From Desulfovibrio sp. (lineage in GTDB: Bacteria > Desulfobacterota > Desulfovibrionia > Desulfovibrionales > Desulfovibrionaceae), in NCBI GenBank assembly GCA_031290615.1, contig JAITNF010000075.1, forward strand, positions 5,845 through 69,844: a DNA stretch of 64,000 nt. The letters run 5' to 3'. This document shows positions 39,122 through 49,156 of the stretch, in pieces (position 1 is the first letter of the stretch; every line of letters begins with the position of its first letter). The notes beneath the pieces are model-generated. The model had not been told where the DNA came from. It saw only the letters and a program-made list of their open reading frames with translations, and ran no database searches. The translations under genes were made by a program, and so were the position numbers.

Positions 39122-40042
39122 ATGAGACGACGTGATTTTCTCAAGTGGCAAATAGCCGGCATCGGCATGCTCGGCGCGGGCGGGCCACTGCTCGCGGCCG
39201 CGGAAAAAGTTCTTGCCTATCCCCTGCCGGACATAGCCGTAGTCAGGGGGGCCCCTGGACACGCCGCGAGAACGGCTGTGGAACAGATCGGCGGTATGGG
39301 ACGTTTTGTCAAACCGGGGCAAAAAGTGGTCGTCAAGCCCAACATGAGTTTTGCCCGTGGCCCTGAAAGCGCCACCAACACACATCCCGCAGTGATTCGC
39401 GAAGTGCTCGCCATGTGCAGGGAAGCCGGAGCTAGCCAAATCCGCGTGCTTGACAACGTCCTACAGGATGCGGAACTCTGCCTGAGCCGCTCGGGCATAC
39501 GCGACGTTTGCAACGCCTTCCAGCCGGGAATCTGCCACAACCTCGCAAGCCGGACATTTTACGTCGACAGCAACCTGCCCCGGGGCGTGGAAATGCGCTC
39601 CAACGCCTTCATGCGCGATGTGCTTGAGGCGGACGTAATTATTGCCGCGCCCGTGGCCAAATGCCACGGCTCCGCCGGCGTGTCCCTCTCCCTCAAGGGG
39701 CAGATGGGTCTGATTTACAACCGCCGCGACATGCACTCCCGTTATGACCTGAACACCTCCATTGTGGATTTGGTCACACGCGTCAAACCTACCCTTGCAA
39801 TCATTGACGCCACGCGGGTGCTCACCACCAACGGCCCCGGCGGACCGGGCAAGGTGATAACGCCGGGCGAAGTCATCGCCTCGGCGGACCCTGTGGCGGC
39901 GGACACCACGGCTGTCGTATCCTACGAGTGGTACGGCCGCAAAATAGAACCGCGCCAGGTGGAGCATCTGTGCATTGCCCACGAACGCGGTCTCGGCCGC
40001 ATGGATATCGCCGCGCTTGTGACAAAACGGATGACCGTGTAG
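39122..40042 (+). CDS. DUF362-domain protein with Tat signal peptide
   Basis: MRRRDFLK twin-arginine leader; VKPGQKVVVKPN, ATNTHP, PVAKCHGSAGVSLSLKG, IDATRVL..NGP. Confidence 0.85.
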   Translation: MRRRDFLKWQIAGIGMLGAGGPLLAAAEKVLAYPLPDIAVVRGAPGHAARTAVEQIGGMGRFVKPGQKVVVKPNMSFARGPESATNTHPAVIREVLAMCREAGASQIRVLDNVLQDAELCLSRSGIRDVCNAFQPGICHNLASRTFYVDSNLPRGVEMRSNAFMRDVLEADVIIAAPVAKCHGSAGVSLSLKGQMGLIYNRRDMHSRYDLNTSIVDLVTRVKPTLAIIDATRVLTTNGPGGPGKVITPGEVIASADPVAADTTAVVSYEWYGRKIEPRQVEHLCIAHERGLGRMDIAALVTKRMTV

Positions 40043-40052
40043 CGCAAGGGGT

Positions 40053-41714
40053 ATGAAACATTCCCGCCACCTGATCGGCGGTCTGGCGCGTTGCGTCCAG
40101 GCCGCGAGTCTTGCATTTTTCTGGTATCTGCTTCTGGACGCGGCTTGGCCTCTGGCGGAAGAGTGGTTGCCTCCGGATAGCTTTTTGCGCATGGACCCAC
40201 TGGCGGCACTGCTCGCGCCTCTGGCTAGCCGAAACTGGAGCACGGCACTTGCTCCGGGGCTTGCGATACTGGCTCTGACTCTTGTGGCAGGACGTTTTTT
40301 TTGCGGCTGGCTGTGTCCCTTCGGAGTCACCCTGACCCTAGCGCGACGGCTACTGTGGGGGCCGGCTTCACCCAAAAAACCTAACGGATCTGGGGGCAAT
40401 GGACGCAACCTCAAATTTTTCACGCTGGCACTCATGGCCAGCGCGGCGGCCATGGGGGTCAACGACTTTTTCTGGGGATCCCCCATCCCGCTGATCACGC
40501 GATTCTACGCGCTGCTCGTACATCCCCTGCTGCTCATGCTCTCCAAAATAGCTCTAGCCCTGGGGCATACGCTCATTGTCGCCTTGGACATGCAGACCCT
40601 GCAATACCTGGATGTGCCCGCGCGCCGTTTTGACAGCCTCTATTTCCTGCTGGCTTTTTTCTGCCTCCTGTTCTGGCTGGAGAAGCACCAGCCGCGTTTC
40701 TGGTGCCGTAACCTCTGTCCTGCCGGGGCGCTGCTCGCTCTTTTCACCCTGCACCCCCTGTTCCGGCGCAGGGTGAGCGGCTGCGCAGAGTGCGGACGGT
40801 GCGCGCGTTTTTGCCCCATGGAGGCCATTGATCCGCGCGGCATGGGCACACGCCACGGCGAATGTATCGTCTGCTGCTCCTGCGCGGACGTATGCCCTGC
40901 GGGAGCCGTCACCTTCGGGCCGGGCACGTCAACGCCGCCGGAATCTTCCGAAATCGCGGGCCATTTGCCCGCGCTGCCTTCTCGGCGGTCTTTCCTGGGC
41001 GCGACCGGCTTGGGCGCGCTCCTTGCAGGGGTGCAGTATTCCGGCGCACACAGCCTTCTCAACGCGGACAATCGCCGCGTTTCCCCAACCTACGTCCGCC
41101 CGCCCGGCGCTGTGCCGGAGCCGGAGTTTCTGGCGCTTTGCCTGCGTTGCGGGGAGTGCATGAAAGCCTGCCCCTCCAATGCCCTTCAACCCGTCTGGCT
41201 GACAGCCGGACCAGAGGGGATCTTCAGTCCTGTCATAACGCCCAGATGCGGCCCCTGCGAACCGGACTGCCATGCTTGCGGCCGGGTTTGTCCCACGCAG
41301 GCCATCAGGGCCTTACCCCTGGAAGAAAAACGCTGGGCCAGAGTGGGAACGGCCGTGGTGCTGCAAAATATCTGCCTCGCTTGGGCGCAGGGCCGTGCCT
41401 GCGTCGTCTGCCAGGAAGTCTGCCCCTACGGCGCAGTGAATCTGAAAAAAATGGAAGGCCGTGCCGCGCCCGTCGTCAATAATACCCGATGCTACGGCTG
41501 CGGCTATTGCGAACGACATTGCCCGGCACTTATGCCAGCCATTGTGGTGGAACCCCTTAACGCACTGCGGATGAAAAAAGGCTCTTACAGACAGGCGGCC
41601 GAAGCGGTGGGCATGGACTACACTCCGTTTGACGCCGCCGGAGGGGAGGACGCGCAGACGCAAACTCTGCCGGAAGACGCCCTAGACTCCCTGCCTCCGG
41701 GATTCAGTCAATAA
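40053..41714 (+). CDS. Membrane polyferredoxin (NapH/MauN-like domain fused to NapG/MauM-like domain)
   Basis: TM helices, GRFFCGWLCPFG, RFWCRNLCPAG, multiple CxxCxxCxxxCP motifs, internal SRRSFL motif. Confidence 0.85.
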   Translation: MKHSRHLIGGLARCVQAASLAFFWYLLLDAAWPLAEEWLPPDSFLRMDPLAALLAPLASRNWSTALAPGLAILALTLVAGRFFCGWLCPFGVTLTLARRLLWGPASPKKPNGSGGNGRNLKFFTLALMASAAAMGVNDFFWGSPIPLITRFYALLVHPLLLMLSKIALALGHTLIVALDMQTLQYLDVPARRFDSLYFLLAFFCLLFWLEKHQPRFWCRNLCPAGALLALFTLHPLFRRRVSGCAECGRCARFCPMEAIDPRGMGTRHGECIVCCSCADVCPAGAVTFGPGTSTPPESSEIAGHLPALPSRRSFLGATGLGALLAGVQYSGAHSLLNADNRRVSPTYVRPPGAVPEPEFLALCLRCGECMKACPSNALQPVWLTAGPEGIFSPVITPRCGPCEPDCHACGRVCPTQAIRALPLEEKRWARVGTAVVLQNICLAWAQGRACVVCQEVCPYGAVNLKKMEGRAAPVVNNTRCYGCGYCERHCPALMPAIVVEPLNALRMKKGSYRQAAEAVGMDYTPFDAAGGEDAQTQTLPEDALDSLPPGFSQ

Positions 41715-41744
41715 TAATCACGGGTTTCCCGTCAAACAGCATTA

Positions 41745-41987
41745 TTACAAAAAATCCGGGGCAGCAGCGGCCTTGCCGCCGGCCAGCATGACGCGCACAT
41801 AGCGCATGCCGTGCTTATCCACCGGGATGATGGGGAAGGATCTGCCGCAGCCGTCACAGTTCAGCATCCTGGGATCTGTGGGGCTTGGCACGGGCATATG
41901 CTTGCCGCAGTGCGGACACTGGTAAAAAAATATTATCTCCATGCCGTCCGGCGGCACAGGGATAATGCGCCGGACTTTCTCAGACAT
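41745..41987 (-). CDS. Small zinc-ribbon protein
   Basis: YQCPHCG...CDGCG; overlaps the gpmI stop. Confidence 0.7.
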   Translation of the reverse strand: MSEKVRRIIPVPPDGMEIIFFYQCPHCGKHMPVPSPTDPRMLNCDGCGRSFPIIPVDKHGMRYVRVMLAGGKAAAAPDFL

Positions 41988-43512
41988 TTTCTTGTCCGTC
42001 CGCCAGATTACGACCTGTCATAGCCGGAGAGGCTGGCATCCCGGAAAGGCCAAGTATCGTGGGGGCCACATCCGCAAGCCTTCCGTCGATCAGGCGGCGC
42101 GCCTTGCCGGGGGCAAGCAGAATGCAGGGCACGGGATTGGTGGTGTGGGCCGTTTGCGGCCGCCCGCCGGGCGTGAGCATGGTTTCGCAGTTGCCGTGGT
42201 CGGCGATGATGAGCATATTGCCGCCGCGTTCTTCCACGGCTTTCGCCATGCGGCCCACGCACTCGTCCACCACCTGGCAGGCTTGCACGGCCGCGTCAAG
42301 CACACCTGTGTGCCCCACCATGTCGCCGTTGGCCAGATTGCAGACGACAAGGTCGTACGTTTTTTTGTTCCAGGCGGTTTCAAAGGCTGCCGTCACCTCG
42401 TACGCGCTCATGGCGGGCTTTTTGTCATAGGTGGGCACGTTGCGCGGCGACTCCACAAGAATGCGGTCTTCGCCTTCAAATGGGTCTTCCAGACCGCCGT
42501 TGAAAAAATAAGTCACATGAGCGTATTTCTCGGTTTCCGCAAGGCGAAGCTGACGCAATCCAGCCTGCGAAACAGTTTCGCCCAGCCCTTGGCGAACCGG
42601 CTCTTTGGCAAAGGCGACGGGGAGGGTAAAATGGGCACCGTAGCTTATCATGGAGGCAACAGCCGAAATGGCTGGCACGCGGCCGCGGTCAAAGGCCGAA
42701 AAATCCGGCGCGGTGAGGGCGGACGTCAACTCGCGCATCCTGTCCGCGCGAAAGTTGAACAGAAAAACAGCGTCGCCGTCCATAATGCCCGGCACATCCC
42801 CGGTATCAAAGCTGACTGGCGTGACGAATTCGTCCGTAATGCCGGAGACGTATGATGCCTCCAACGCTACAGAGGGGCTTGCGGCAAGCTCTGACTGACC
42901 GTGAACAAGGGCCTGCCAAGCCGTCTGCACGCGCTCCCAGCGATTGTCGCGGTCCATGGCGTAAAAACGGCCGATCAGCTCGGCTATGCGCACATTATCG
43001 AGGGGCGTAATATGGGCTTCAAGATCGCGCACATAGCCAAGGCCGCTCTGGGGGTCCGTGTCGCGCCCGTCGGTAACGGCGTGTACGCGCACTGGCACGC
43101 CGGCGCGTGCCGCGAGAGAGCAGATGGCCTTGAGATGGTTTGTGTGGCTGTGCACTCCACCGTCGGAAAGCAGACCGATGAGGTGCAGCCGACCCCTGCT
43201 CCGGCGCGCGGTGGCAAGAAGGTCGTTCAAAACCGGATTGGCGGCAAGGGATCCGTCTTCCAGGGCGACGTCAATACGCGTCATATCTTGGTAAATCACG
43301 CGGCCAGCGCCTATGTTGAGGTGTCCCACCTCGGAATTGCCGATATAGCCCCAAGGCAGGCCAACGTCCAAGCCGGAAGCGATGAGACCGCTGTGGGGGC
43401 AGCGGGCCAGCAGGGCGTCAAGATTGGACGTTTTTGCCAGATACGCGGCGTTGCCGGGGCCAGCTGGAGAAATACCCCAGCCGTCCATGATCAAAAGCAG
43501 TGTCGGCGTCAT
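41980..43512 (-). CDS. gpmI: 2,3-bisphosphoglycerate-independent phosphoglycerate mutase
   Basis: LLIMDGWG, GNSEVGHLNIGAGR, SDGGVHSH, GRFYAMDRD, NFRADR, AETEKYAHVT, ADHGN, TAHT. Confidence 0.97.
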   Translation of the reverse strand: MTPTLLLIMDGWGISPAGPGNAAYLAKTSNLDALLARCPHSGLIASGLDVGLPWGYIGNSEVGHLNIGAGRVIYQDMTRIDVALEDGSLAANPVLNDLLATARRSRGRLHLIGLLSDGGVHSHTNHLKAICSLAARAGVPVRVHAVTDGRDTDPQSGLGYVRDLEAHITPLDNVRIAELIGRFYAMDRDNRWERVQTAWQALVHGQSELAASPSVALEASYVSGITDEFVTPVSFDTGDVPGIMDGDAVFLFNFRADRMRELTSALTAPDFSAFDRGRVPAISAVASMISYGAHFTLPVAFAKEPVRQGLGETVSQAGLRQLRLAETEKYAHVTYFFNGGLEDPFEGEDRILVESPRNVPTYDKKPAMSAYEVTAAFETAWNKKTYDLVVCNLANGDMVGHTGVLDAAVQACQVVDECVGRMAKAVEERGGNMLIIADHGNCETMLTPGGRPQTAHTTNPVPCILLAPGKARRLIDGRLADVAPTILGLSGMPASPAMTGRNLADGQENV

Positions 43513-43568
43513 GCGAATTTTTCCCGGTTGATGGAGCAGACGGATACAAAAATTACAGACACAAGCGT

Positions 43569-43901
43569 TTACGAGCTTTCTCCGACATAAGCCCAGAGGG
43601 ATTCAAGACGGTAAAGCTCACGCGCGGATTCAAGAAAAATATTGACCACAATATCGTTCAAATCCACCAGAATCCACCGGCTAGTGTCATAGCCTTCCGT
43701 ATGCAGGTATTCCCACGATTTTTCACGGCAGAGTTCAGCGACATCGTCGGCAAGGCTGCGGGCGTGACGCGACGAGCTTGCCGTAAGCACCACCAAACCA
43801 TCGGTGAAAAGACCCTTACCTTCAAGATTCACACACTCCACATGCCGGGCCTTGCGTTCTTCTAGTCGGAGCCTGATACTGACCAGTTTCTCCTCAATCA
43901 T
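43569..43901 (-). CDS. rsfS: Ribosome silencing factor
   Basis: LEERKARHV..., TASSSRHARSLAD, EG...WILVDLNDIVVNIF...RELYRLESLW. The native start may be frameshifted just upstream. Confidence 0.85.
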   Translation of the reverse strand: MIEEKLVSIRLRLEERKARHVECVNLEGKGLFTDGLVVLTASSSRHARSLADDVAELCREKSWEYLHTEGYDTSRWILVDLNDIVVNIFLESARELYRLESLWAYVGESS

Positions 43902-44008
43902 GTCGGACGGGTTCCGATGCTTTGCGCTTCTTCATGAACAATAAAATATAAGAAACACGACTGTTGTCAAGGTATTTGTCCCGTTGAATCCGGTCGGTCT
44001 TTCGCCCG

Positions 44009-44190
44009 GTGGACACCGCTTGCGAAAACGTATACGGATATATCTGCGCCCTGCTTGCCGTCGTCATCTGGGCTGGCAATTTTGTCACCGCCAGAGTGCT
44101 GGCCACTCCTCATTCCCCCATGCAGTTCAATTTCTAGCGTTGGTTTATGGCCTTGACCGCGCTGTTGCCCTTTGCCGTCAACCACTCAAA
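44009..44190 (+). pseudogene. DMT/EamA transporter 5' remnant
   Basis: YGYICALLAVVIWAGNFVTARV...QFNF*RWFMALTALLPF, with an in-frame TAG at 44135 and truncation after about 60 codons. Confidence 0.7.
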
Positions 44191-44194
44191 AAAA

Positions 44195-44303
44195 TTTGAA
44201 ATTTGTACTCCGCGCACTAGTTCCGGTTTGTACCGACCGTCAAGTATAAGGCCAACAAGGAGTCCTTCAAGAAGAAGGCTACTATGCCCTCGGCAGATTT
44301 CTG
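44195..44303 (-). mobile_element. Group II intron remnant: domain-I-like motif abutting an RT fragment
   Basis: Minus strand cagaaatctgccgagggcatagtagcc (resembles the gaagtcagcagaggccatagta motif), followed by LILDGRYKPELVRGVQISK (RT LLxGxYxPxPVRxVxIPK motif). Confidence 0.65.
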
Positions 44304-44359
44304 CCGCGATTCAGGACAACATCCCTATCCCTGCTGCCTTGGTGTCCGCTACGAGCGCA

Positions 44360-44388
44360 TTGACATAAGGTTATTGCTGCTGCATAAA
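44360..44388 (+). promoter_or_regulatory. Candidate sigma70 promoter for metF-larC operon
   Basis: TTGACA, 17 bp spacer, CATAAA. Confidence 0.45.
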
Positions 44389-44455
44389 ACAGTTGAGGCA
44401 GAAATCGTTGCTTCAGGCCTGTACAGCAGCAATACAGCAATCATGAGGGATAACA

Positions 44456-45355
44456 ATGCACATCGGATCCATGATTTCCGGGGCTTCCAACCCATTTTTT
44501 TCTCTGGAATTTTTTCCGCCGGTGGACGAAAGTCAACTGCCGTCTTTTTTCAATACGGCGGAGCGGCTGCGGATTCTTTCGCCGCTCTTTGTCTCAGTCA
44601 CCCACGGTGCCAGTGGCAGCCAGCACCGCAATACCTTGGCCGTGACGGCGGAACTTGCCCGGCGTGACTTCACATGCATGCCCCACCTGACCTGCGTGGG
44701 GGCCGAACCGGGAGGCATAGCACAGTTTCTGCGTGAACTACGCGCCGCCAGTGTGGACAATGTGCTTGCGTTGCGCGGGGATACGCCCGCCTGGCAAAGT
44801 CGGTCCGCAGAGGAGCATTTCAAGCACGCCGGCGATCTGGTGGCCTTTATCCGGGCCAATGCGCCGGACATGGGCATCGGCGTCGCCGCCTATCCCGCCC
44901 CGCATCCCGAATCCCTCACCTTTACGGAGGATCGCGAATATACGGCACAAAAACTCCGGTCCGGCGCGGATTTTGCCGTCACCCAGCTTTTTTTCGACGT
45001 GCGCGAATATGAGAACCTTGTGACGTCCCTGCGCGTCAGGGGCGTGAACACTCCCGTCGTGCCGGGCATTCTGCCCATACAGAGCTTTGATTCCCTGCGG
45101 CGCGTACTTTCCATGTGCGGGGCCAACATACCGGGCAATTTCTACCTGGACTTGGAAGAGGCACTGCGCAATGGCGGGGAAGAGGCACTGCGCGAGGCGG
45201 GGCTCAAATTCGCCGTGCGGCAGATCCGCCACCTGCTAGATATGGGCGCGCCGGGCATCCACCTGTACACGCTCAACAGGAGCGAGTTGTGCCTGCGCAT
45301 CGCGGATGAGGCGAAACTGGGGCGTTCAAAATCCAATAGCTCAAAAACGGTGTGA
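44456..45355 (+). CDS. metF: 5,10-methylenetetrahydrofolate reductase
   Basis: SLEFFPP, FVSVTHGASG, PHLTC, LALRGD, AAYP..HPES, FAVTQLFFD, GIHLYTLN. Confidence 0.95.
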   Translation: MHIGSMISGASNPFFSLEFFPPVDESQLPSFFNTAERLRILSPLFVSVTHGASGSQHRNTLAVTAELARRDFTCMPHLTCVGAEPGGIAQFLRELRAASVDNVLALRGDTPAWQSRSAEEHFKHAGDLVAFIRANAPDMGIGVAAYPAPHPESLTFTEDREYTAQKLRSGADFAVTQLFFDVREYENLVTSLRVRGVNTPVVPGILPIQSFDSLRRVLSMCGANIPGNFYLDLEEALRNGGEEALREAGLKFAVRQIRHLLDMGAPGIHLYTLNRSELCLRIADEAKLGRSKSNSSKTV

Positions 45356-45358
45356 AGC

Positions 45359-46528
45359 ATGAATCTATATCTGGACTGTTCACGCGGTATCAGTGGCGAC
45401 ATGACTCTGGCGGCCCTCAATCATCTGGGCGTGGATACGGCCCCCTTTGAGGGGATTCTGGCGGCGGCTGGCATTGAGTGCCATATCAAAACTTGGGCGG
45501 AGAACCGGGCTGGCGGCCCTGGACGCCGGGTGGAAGTGACTTGGGACGAAACGCAGCCTCTGCGCCAACCGGCTGACATCGCCGCCATTTTTCGGCGTCT
45601 GGCCGTCAGCGCCGGGGCGCGGGAACGCGCCCTTGCCGTGCTTGACGCCCTGACACTAGCGGAAGCCGACGCCCATCATATTCCGTCAGAGAAAGTACCT
45701 TTTCACGAATTGGGCGCCATTGACACCCTTGTGGACATTGCCGGTGTGTGCTGGGCTCTTGACGAACTCGGGGCAGAGAGCATCACGGCCTCGCCACTAC
45801 CCTGGTTTTCCGGCGTAGTGGAGTGCGCGCACGGCCTTCTCCCCCTTCCGGCCCCTGCCACAGCTTTTCTTATGCGCGGCAAGCCCGTGCGCCCCGTGCC
45901 GGACTGCGAGGAACTGGTCACGCCCACTGGCGCAGCCCTTGTCCATGTGCTGGCGCAGTCTTTTGCCAACGGTCCCGCGGGTAGAGTTCACGCCTTGGGC
46001 ACGGGCTACGGCTCGCGGCCTTCGCCTATGGGGCTGCGCGTCTGGCAGCTGCAACCCGTGGCGGCGCGGGTGCGCCATACTCGTGGGGGCCTTGAGCTTG
46101 TGACGCAGCTGGAAACGCATTTGGACCATCTGACTGGCGAAGAACTCGGCTGTGCCCTGTCGTCTTTGGCTGGGCTGGACGAAGTGTTGGATGTGCTATG
46201 GCTGCCCGGTACGGGCAAAAAAAACCGCCCGGCTGGACTCCTCCGCGTTCTGTGCCGACCCGAAGACGAAGACGCCGCCGTCGGCGCCCTGCTGCGCCAT
46301 ACCCACAGCCTCGGCTTGCGGCGGCAATGCCTAGAGCGTCTGGCGCTGCCTAGACAGACGGCGGCCATTGACTGTGCTGATAGCAAACTGGATGCCAAAA
46401 TGTACACGCTGGAGGGCAAGGACTATGTGCGGCCAGAGGCCGATGCCGTCAGCGCCAGCGCTGACCGACTCGGTCTAGGCGCACCCGCCCTGCGCTTCAG
46501 TGCCGAACAGTATAAAACAACAACGTAG
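45359..46528 (+). CDS. larC: LarC-family nickel insertion protein
   Basis: LYLDCSRGISGDM, EADAHH, FHELGAIDTLVDI, HGLLPLPAPAT, ELVTPTGAA, LETHLDHLTGE, KKNRP. Confidence 0.85.
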   Translation: MNLYLDCSRGISGDMTLAALNHLGVDTAPFEGILAAAGIECHIKTWAENRAGGPGRRVEVTWDETQPLRQPADIAAIFRRLAVSAGARERALAVLDALTLAEADAHHIPSEKVPFHELGAIDTLVDIAGVCWALDELGAESITASPLPWFSGVVECAHGLLPLPAPATAFLMRGKPVRPVPDCEELVTPTGAALVHVLAQSFANGPAGRVHALGTGYGSRPSPMGLRVWQLQPVAARVRHTRGGLELVTQLETHLDHLTGEELGCALSSLAGLDEVLDVLWLPGTGKKNRPAGLLRVLCRPEDEDAAVGALLRHTHSLGLRRQCLERLALPRQTAAIDCADSKLDAKMYTLEGKDYVRPEADAVSASADRLGLGAPALRFSAEQYKTTT

Positions 46529-46550
46529 AGTAGAGTCAAGGAGTTTCACT

Positions 46551-47120
46551 ATGCCAAGGTTCATGGTTCTTGTTTTTGCCCTGATGCTTGCCGCAATACA
46601 GGGCTGTAACGCCCTCGGCATCAACAACCCTTTCCCCAGTAATCCCCTGACCGGCGGATTCGAGGCTGCCACAAGCCGCCTTCTGAATATTCCCCTACCT
46701 TCCGGTATGGAGCGCTACCTCTCCCACGGTTATCAGACTTATGGGGCGTATAGAGGGAGTGAAGGCCTTGAAACCCTGCGCGGCAAGATAGACCCCCACA
46801 CAGCGGCTCAAAGCCTCCATTCCTCTCTCATCGCCCAAGGCTGGCAACTGCGCCTCTCCCTGCGCAATGGGGACAGATCCGTTTATATTTATGAGCGGGG
46901 TAATACCCTTGCTCTGCTGCATTTTCGGCGTCAGACGGTCATGACCATTCTGGAAATCTGGACAGGTAGGCGCCTGCCCGACGGCACCATGCCAAATTTT
47001 GTCGACGGGCGCGACTGGCAGACAACTCCAGAGGCGGACAACATCGCTCCCGAATCTGTTCCCGGCACTATGGAGCAGTGGAGTGGATCGTCCGGCGGCC
47101 TGCAGGAGCGTAACCTGTGA
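46551..47120 (+). CDS. Hypothetical lipoprotein
   Basis: MPRFMVLVFALMLAAIQGC lipobox; GTGA overlap with coaBC. Confidence 0.7.
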   Translation: MPRFMVLVFALMLAAIQGCNALGINNPFPSNPLTGGFEAATSRLLNIPLPSGMERYLSHGYQTYGAYRGSEGLETLRGKIDPHTAAQSLHSSLIAQGWQLRLSLRNGDRSVYIYERGNTLALLHFRRQTVMTILEIWTGRRLPDGTMPNFVDGRDWQTTPEADNIAPESVPGTMEQWSGSSGGLQERNL

Positions 47121-48352
47121 CGTGGGGCATTTTTGCCGCGAGCACGCGCTTTGCGAGGCGGCGTCTGCACTTGGGCGTCTGCGGCTCTGTGGCCTGCTAC
47201 AAGGCGGCGGAACTACTCAGGGCCTGGCTCAAACTCAATATGCATGTTTCCGCAACCCTCACGGATGCAGCGCAGCATTTTGTGACGCCCCTCCTTTTCG
47301 AATCACTAGGGGCCATGCCTGTTTATGGGGGAATGTTCACTCCTGGGGGGGAGCCTTTCGCGCATCTGGAAACGGGCGCCCACGCCGGGGTCTTTGTGGT
47401 GGCCCCTGCCTCGGCCGACGTCTTATCCCGTCTTGCCTGCGGCGGTGCGTCGGACATGCTTTCCGCTCAAGCCCTTGCTTTTACGGGGCCGCTCATACTG
47501 GCGCCGGCCATGAATCCGCGCATGTGGGACAACAAGGCTACCCGAGCCAATGTGGCCGTATTGCGGGAACGAGGAGCCGTACTGGTGGGGCCTGTTTTCG
47601 GGAATGTGGCCTGCGGGGAGGAAGGAGAGGGCAGGTTTGCGCCCTTGCCGGAAATTTTTTTGGCGGCCCTGCGCGCCCTTGCGCCGCATGATATGGCCGG
47701 CCTCCGCGTGCTGGTGACGCTGGGACCCACCCGTGAACCTTGGGATGGTACGCGCTTCTGGTCCAACCCATCCACCGGGCGAATGGGAGCGGCGCTGGCC
47801 GTCAGCGCTTGGTTACGCGGCTCGCGGGTAACGGCCATATGCGGGCCTGGGAGCGCGGAGCTTTTGCCGCGGGGCGTCGCCACATGCAGTGTCTGCCACG
47901 CGCGGGAAATGTTTGAGGCCGCGCAGGACGTCTGGCCACAGATGGATGTGGGCATGTTTGTGGCGGCTGTGGCCGATTTTTCTCCTGCGGAGACGAGCCC
48001 GGAAAAATTCAAAAAGTTCGTGGCTCCGGATGGCTTCAGCATTGTCTTCAGTCCCAACCCGGATATTCTTGCTACTTTGGCCGCCCGGCGCAGGCCGGAG
48101 CAGAAAGTGCTGGCATTTGCGGCGGAAAGCGTGCCGGACATGCAGGATCTGCTTGTCCTCGCCAAGGAGAAACGCGCGCGTAAGAATGTCGATCTGCTGG
48201 CCGCCAACTACATCAACAGAGAGGGCAGCGGCTTTGGCACACTCACCAACAGCGTGGCTGTTACGGATATTCACGGCCGTGAAGAAATCTGGCCTGAACA
48301 GAGCAAAGCGGATGTGGCTTGGGATTTGTGTTCATGGCTTTTGAAGCTGTAG
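47117..48352 (+). CDS. coaBC: Phosphopantothenoylcysteine decarboxylase / ligase
   Basis: GVCGSVACYKA, PAMNPRMW, ACGEEGEGR, GPTREPWD..RFWSNPSTGRMG, AAVADF, NPDIL. Confidence 0.95.
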   Translation: MTWGIFAASTRFARRRLHLGVCGSVACYKAAELLRAWLKLNMHVSATLTDAAQHFVTPLLFESLGAMPVYGGMFTPGGEPFAHLETGAHAGVFVVAPASADVLSRLACGGASDMLSAQALAFTGPLILAPAMNPRMWDNKATRANVAVLRERGAVLVGPVFGNVACGEEGEGRFAPLPEIFLAALRALAPHDMAGLRVLVTLGPTREPWDGTRFWSNPSTGRMGAALAVSAWLRGSRVTAICGPGSAELLPRGVATCSVCHAREMFEAAQDVWPQMDVGMFVAAVADFSPAETSPEKFKKFVAPDGFSIVFSPNPDILATLAARRRPEQKVLAFAAESVPDMQDLLVLAKEKRARKNVDLLAANYINREGSGFGTLTNSVAVTDIHGREEIWPEQSKADVAWDLCSWLLKL

Positions 48353-49056
48353 GTTTTTACGCCACTCTCTGGCAGGGGCAGGGAATCAACTGGATTTTGC
48401 TGCCGGAAAATCCGTCCGAACCCTGGTTTGCCTCCCTTCCGCGTCCACAACCGGCAGCTCGCACAACGCTGCGGCCAATTCCTTTCGCGCCGCCGTCAAC
48501 GCCAGCCGCAGACGGGCGGGAAAAGATGACGCCGCAGGCCCCGGAGCGCCAAACGGAGGCAAAATGGACGCCCGTGCCACAAAATCTCTGGCCGTCCCCT
48601 TGGCGTGAACGTATTGCGGCTGTACGACGCGGGCGTATTGTCTGGACATATTGGGAATTGGGGCGGGATCTGTGCCAAAACTCTAACCCCGGCCGCCGGG
48701 CCCTCTTTCAACGGCTGATCACAGATCTCGCCCATCCGGGCGGCACATATACTTTTTTCCCGGTCTGTGTGCCTGCCCCTCAGGATCAAGAGAACCCGGC
48801 CGTCTATGCACCGGATGCCGAAATTTTCTGGTCCGCCCTGAAACAACTTGGCGCGCGCGCGACGCTGATCATGGGCGAGGCGGCGGTAAAAGCCCTTGCC
48901 TTGGAGGATGAATTACCACTTTGGGGCATGTCGCGGCGGCACAGCTTTTTTGTATGGCGTTTGCCAGAGGCGGACGCCGTTTTGCAGGACGAGAATCTCT
49001 ATTCCACGCTTCTTGACTTTTTGCGTACCGGAATGCGTGATTTAGCGCGGCGGTAA
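48334..49056 (+). CDS. Conserved hypothetical protein
   Basis: Long ORF continuing the operon; Pro-rich linker then a globular domain. Function not recognised. Confidence 0.6.
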   Translation: MAFEAVGFYATLWQGQGINWILLPENPSEPWFASLPRPQPAARTTLRPIPFAPPSTPAADGREKMTPQAPERQTEAKWTPVPQNLWPSPWRERIAAVRRGRIVWTYWELGRDLCQNSNPGRRALFQRLITDLAHPGGTYTFFPVCVPAPQDQENPAVYAPDAEIFWSALKQLGARATLIMGEAAVKALALEDELPLWGMSRRHSFFVWRLPEADAVLQDENLYSTLLDFLRTGMRDLARR

Positions 49057-49156
49057 ACTCTGTCGGCGCAGGATAAGAACGTTGCAAATTAGAAATAATT
49101 TCTTGATATTATTGAATAATATATTGCCTTCAGGTGAATGTTGACAGGAGGCAAAT

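Noticed and set aside
44300-44455. SAM riboswitch or SahR operator before metF
   Set aside because: No conserved SAM-I core or ATATCAAG-type palindrome seen; the region is better explained as intron debris plus a promoter.
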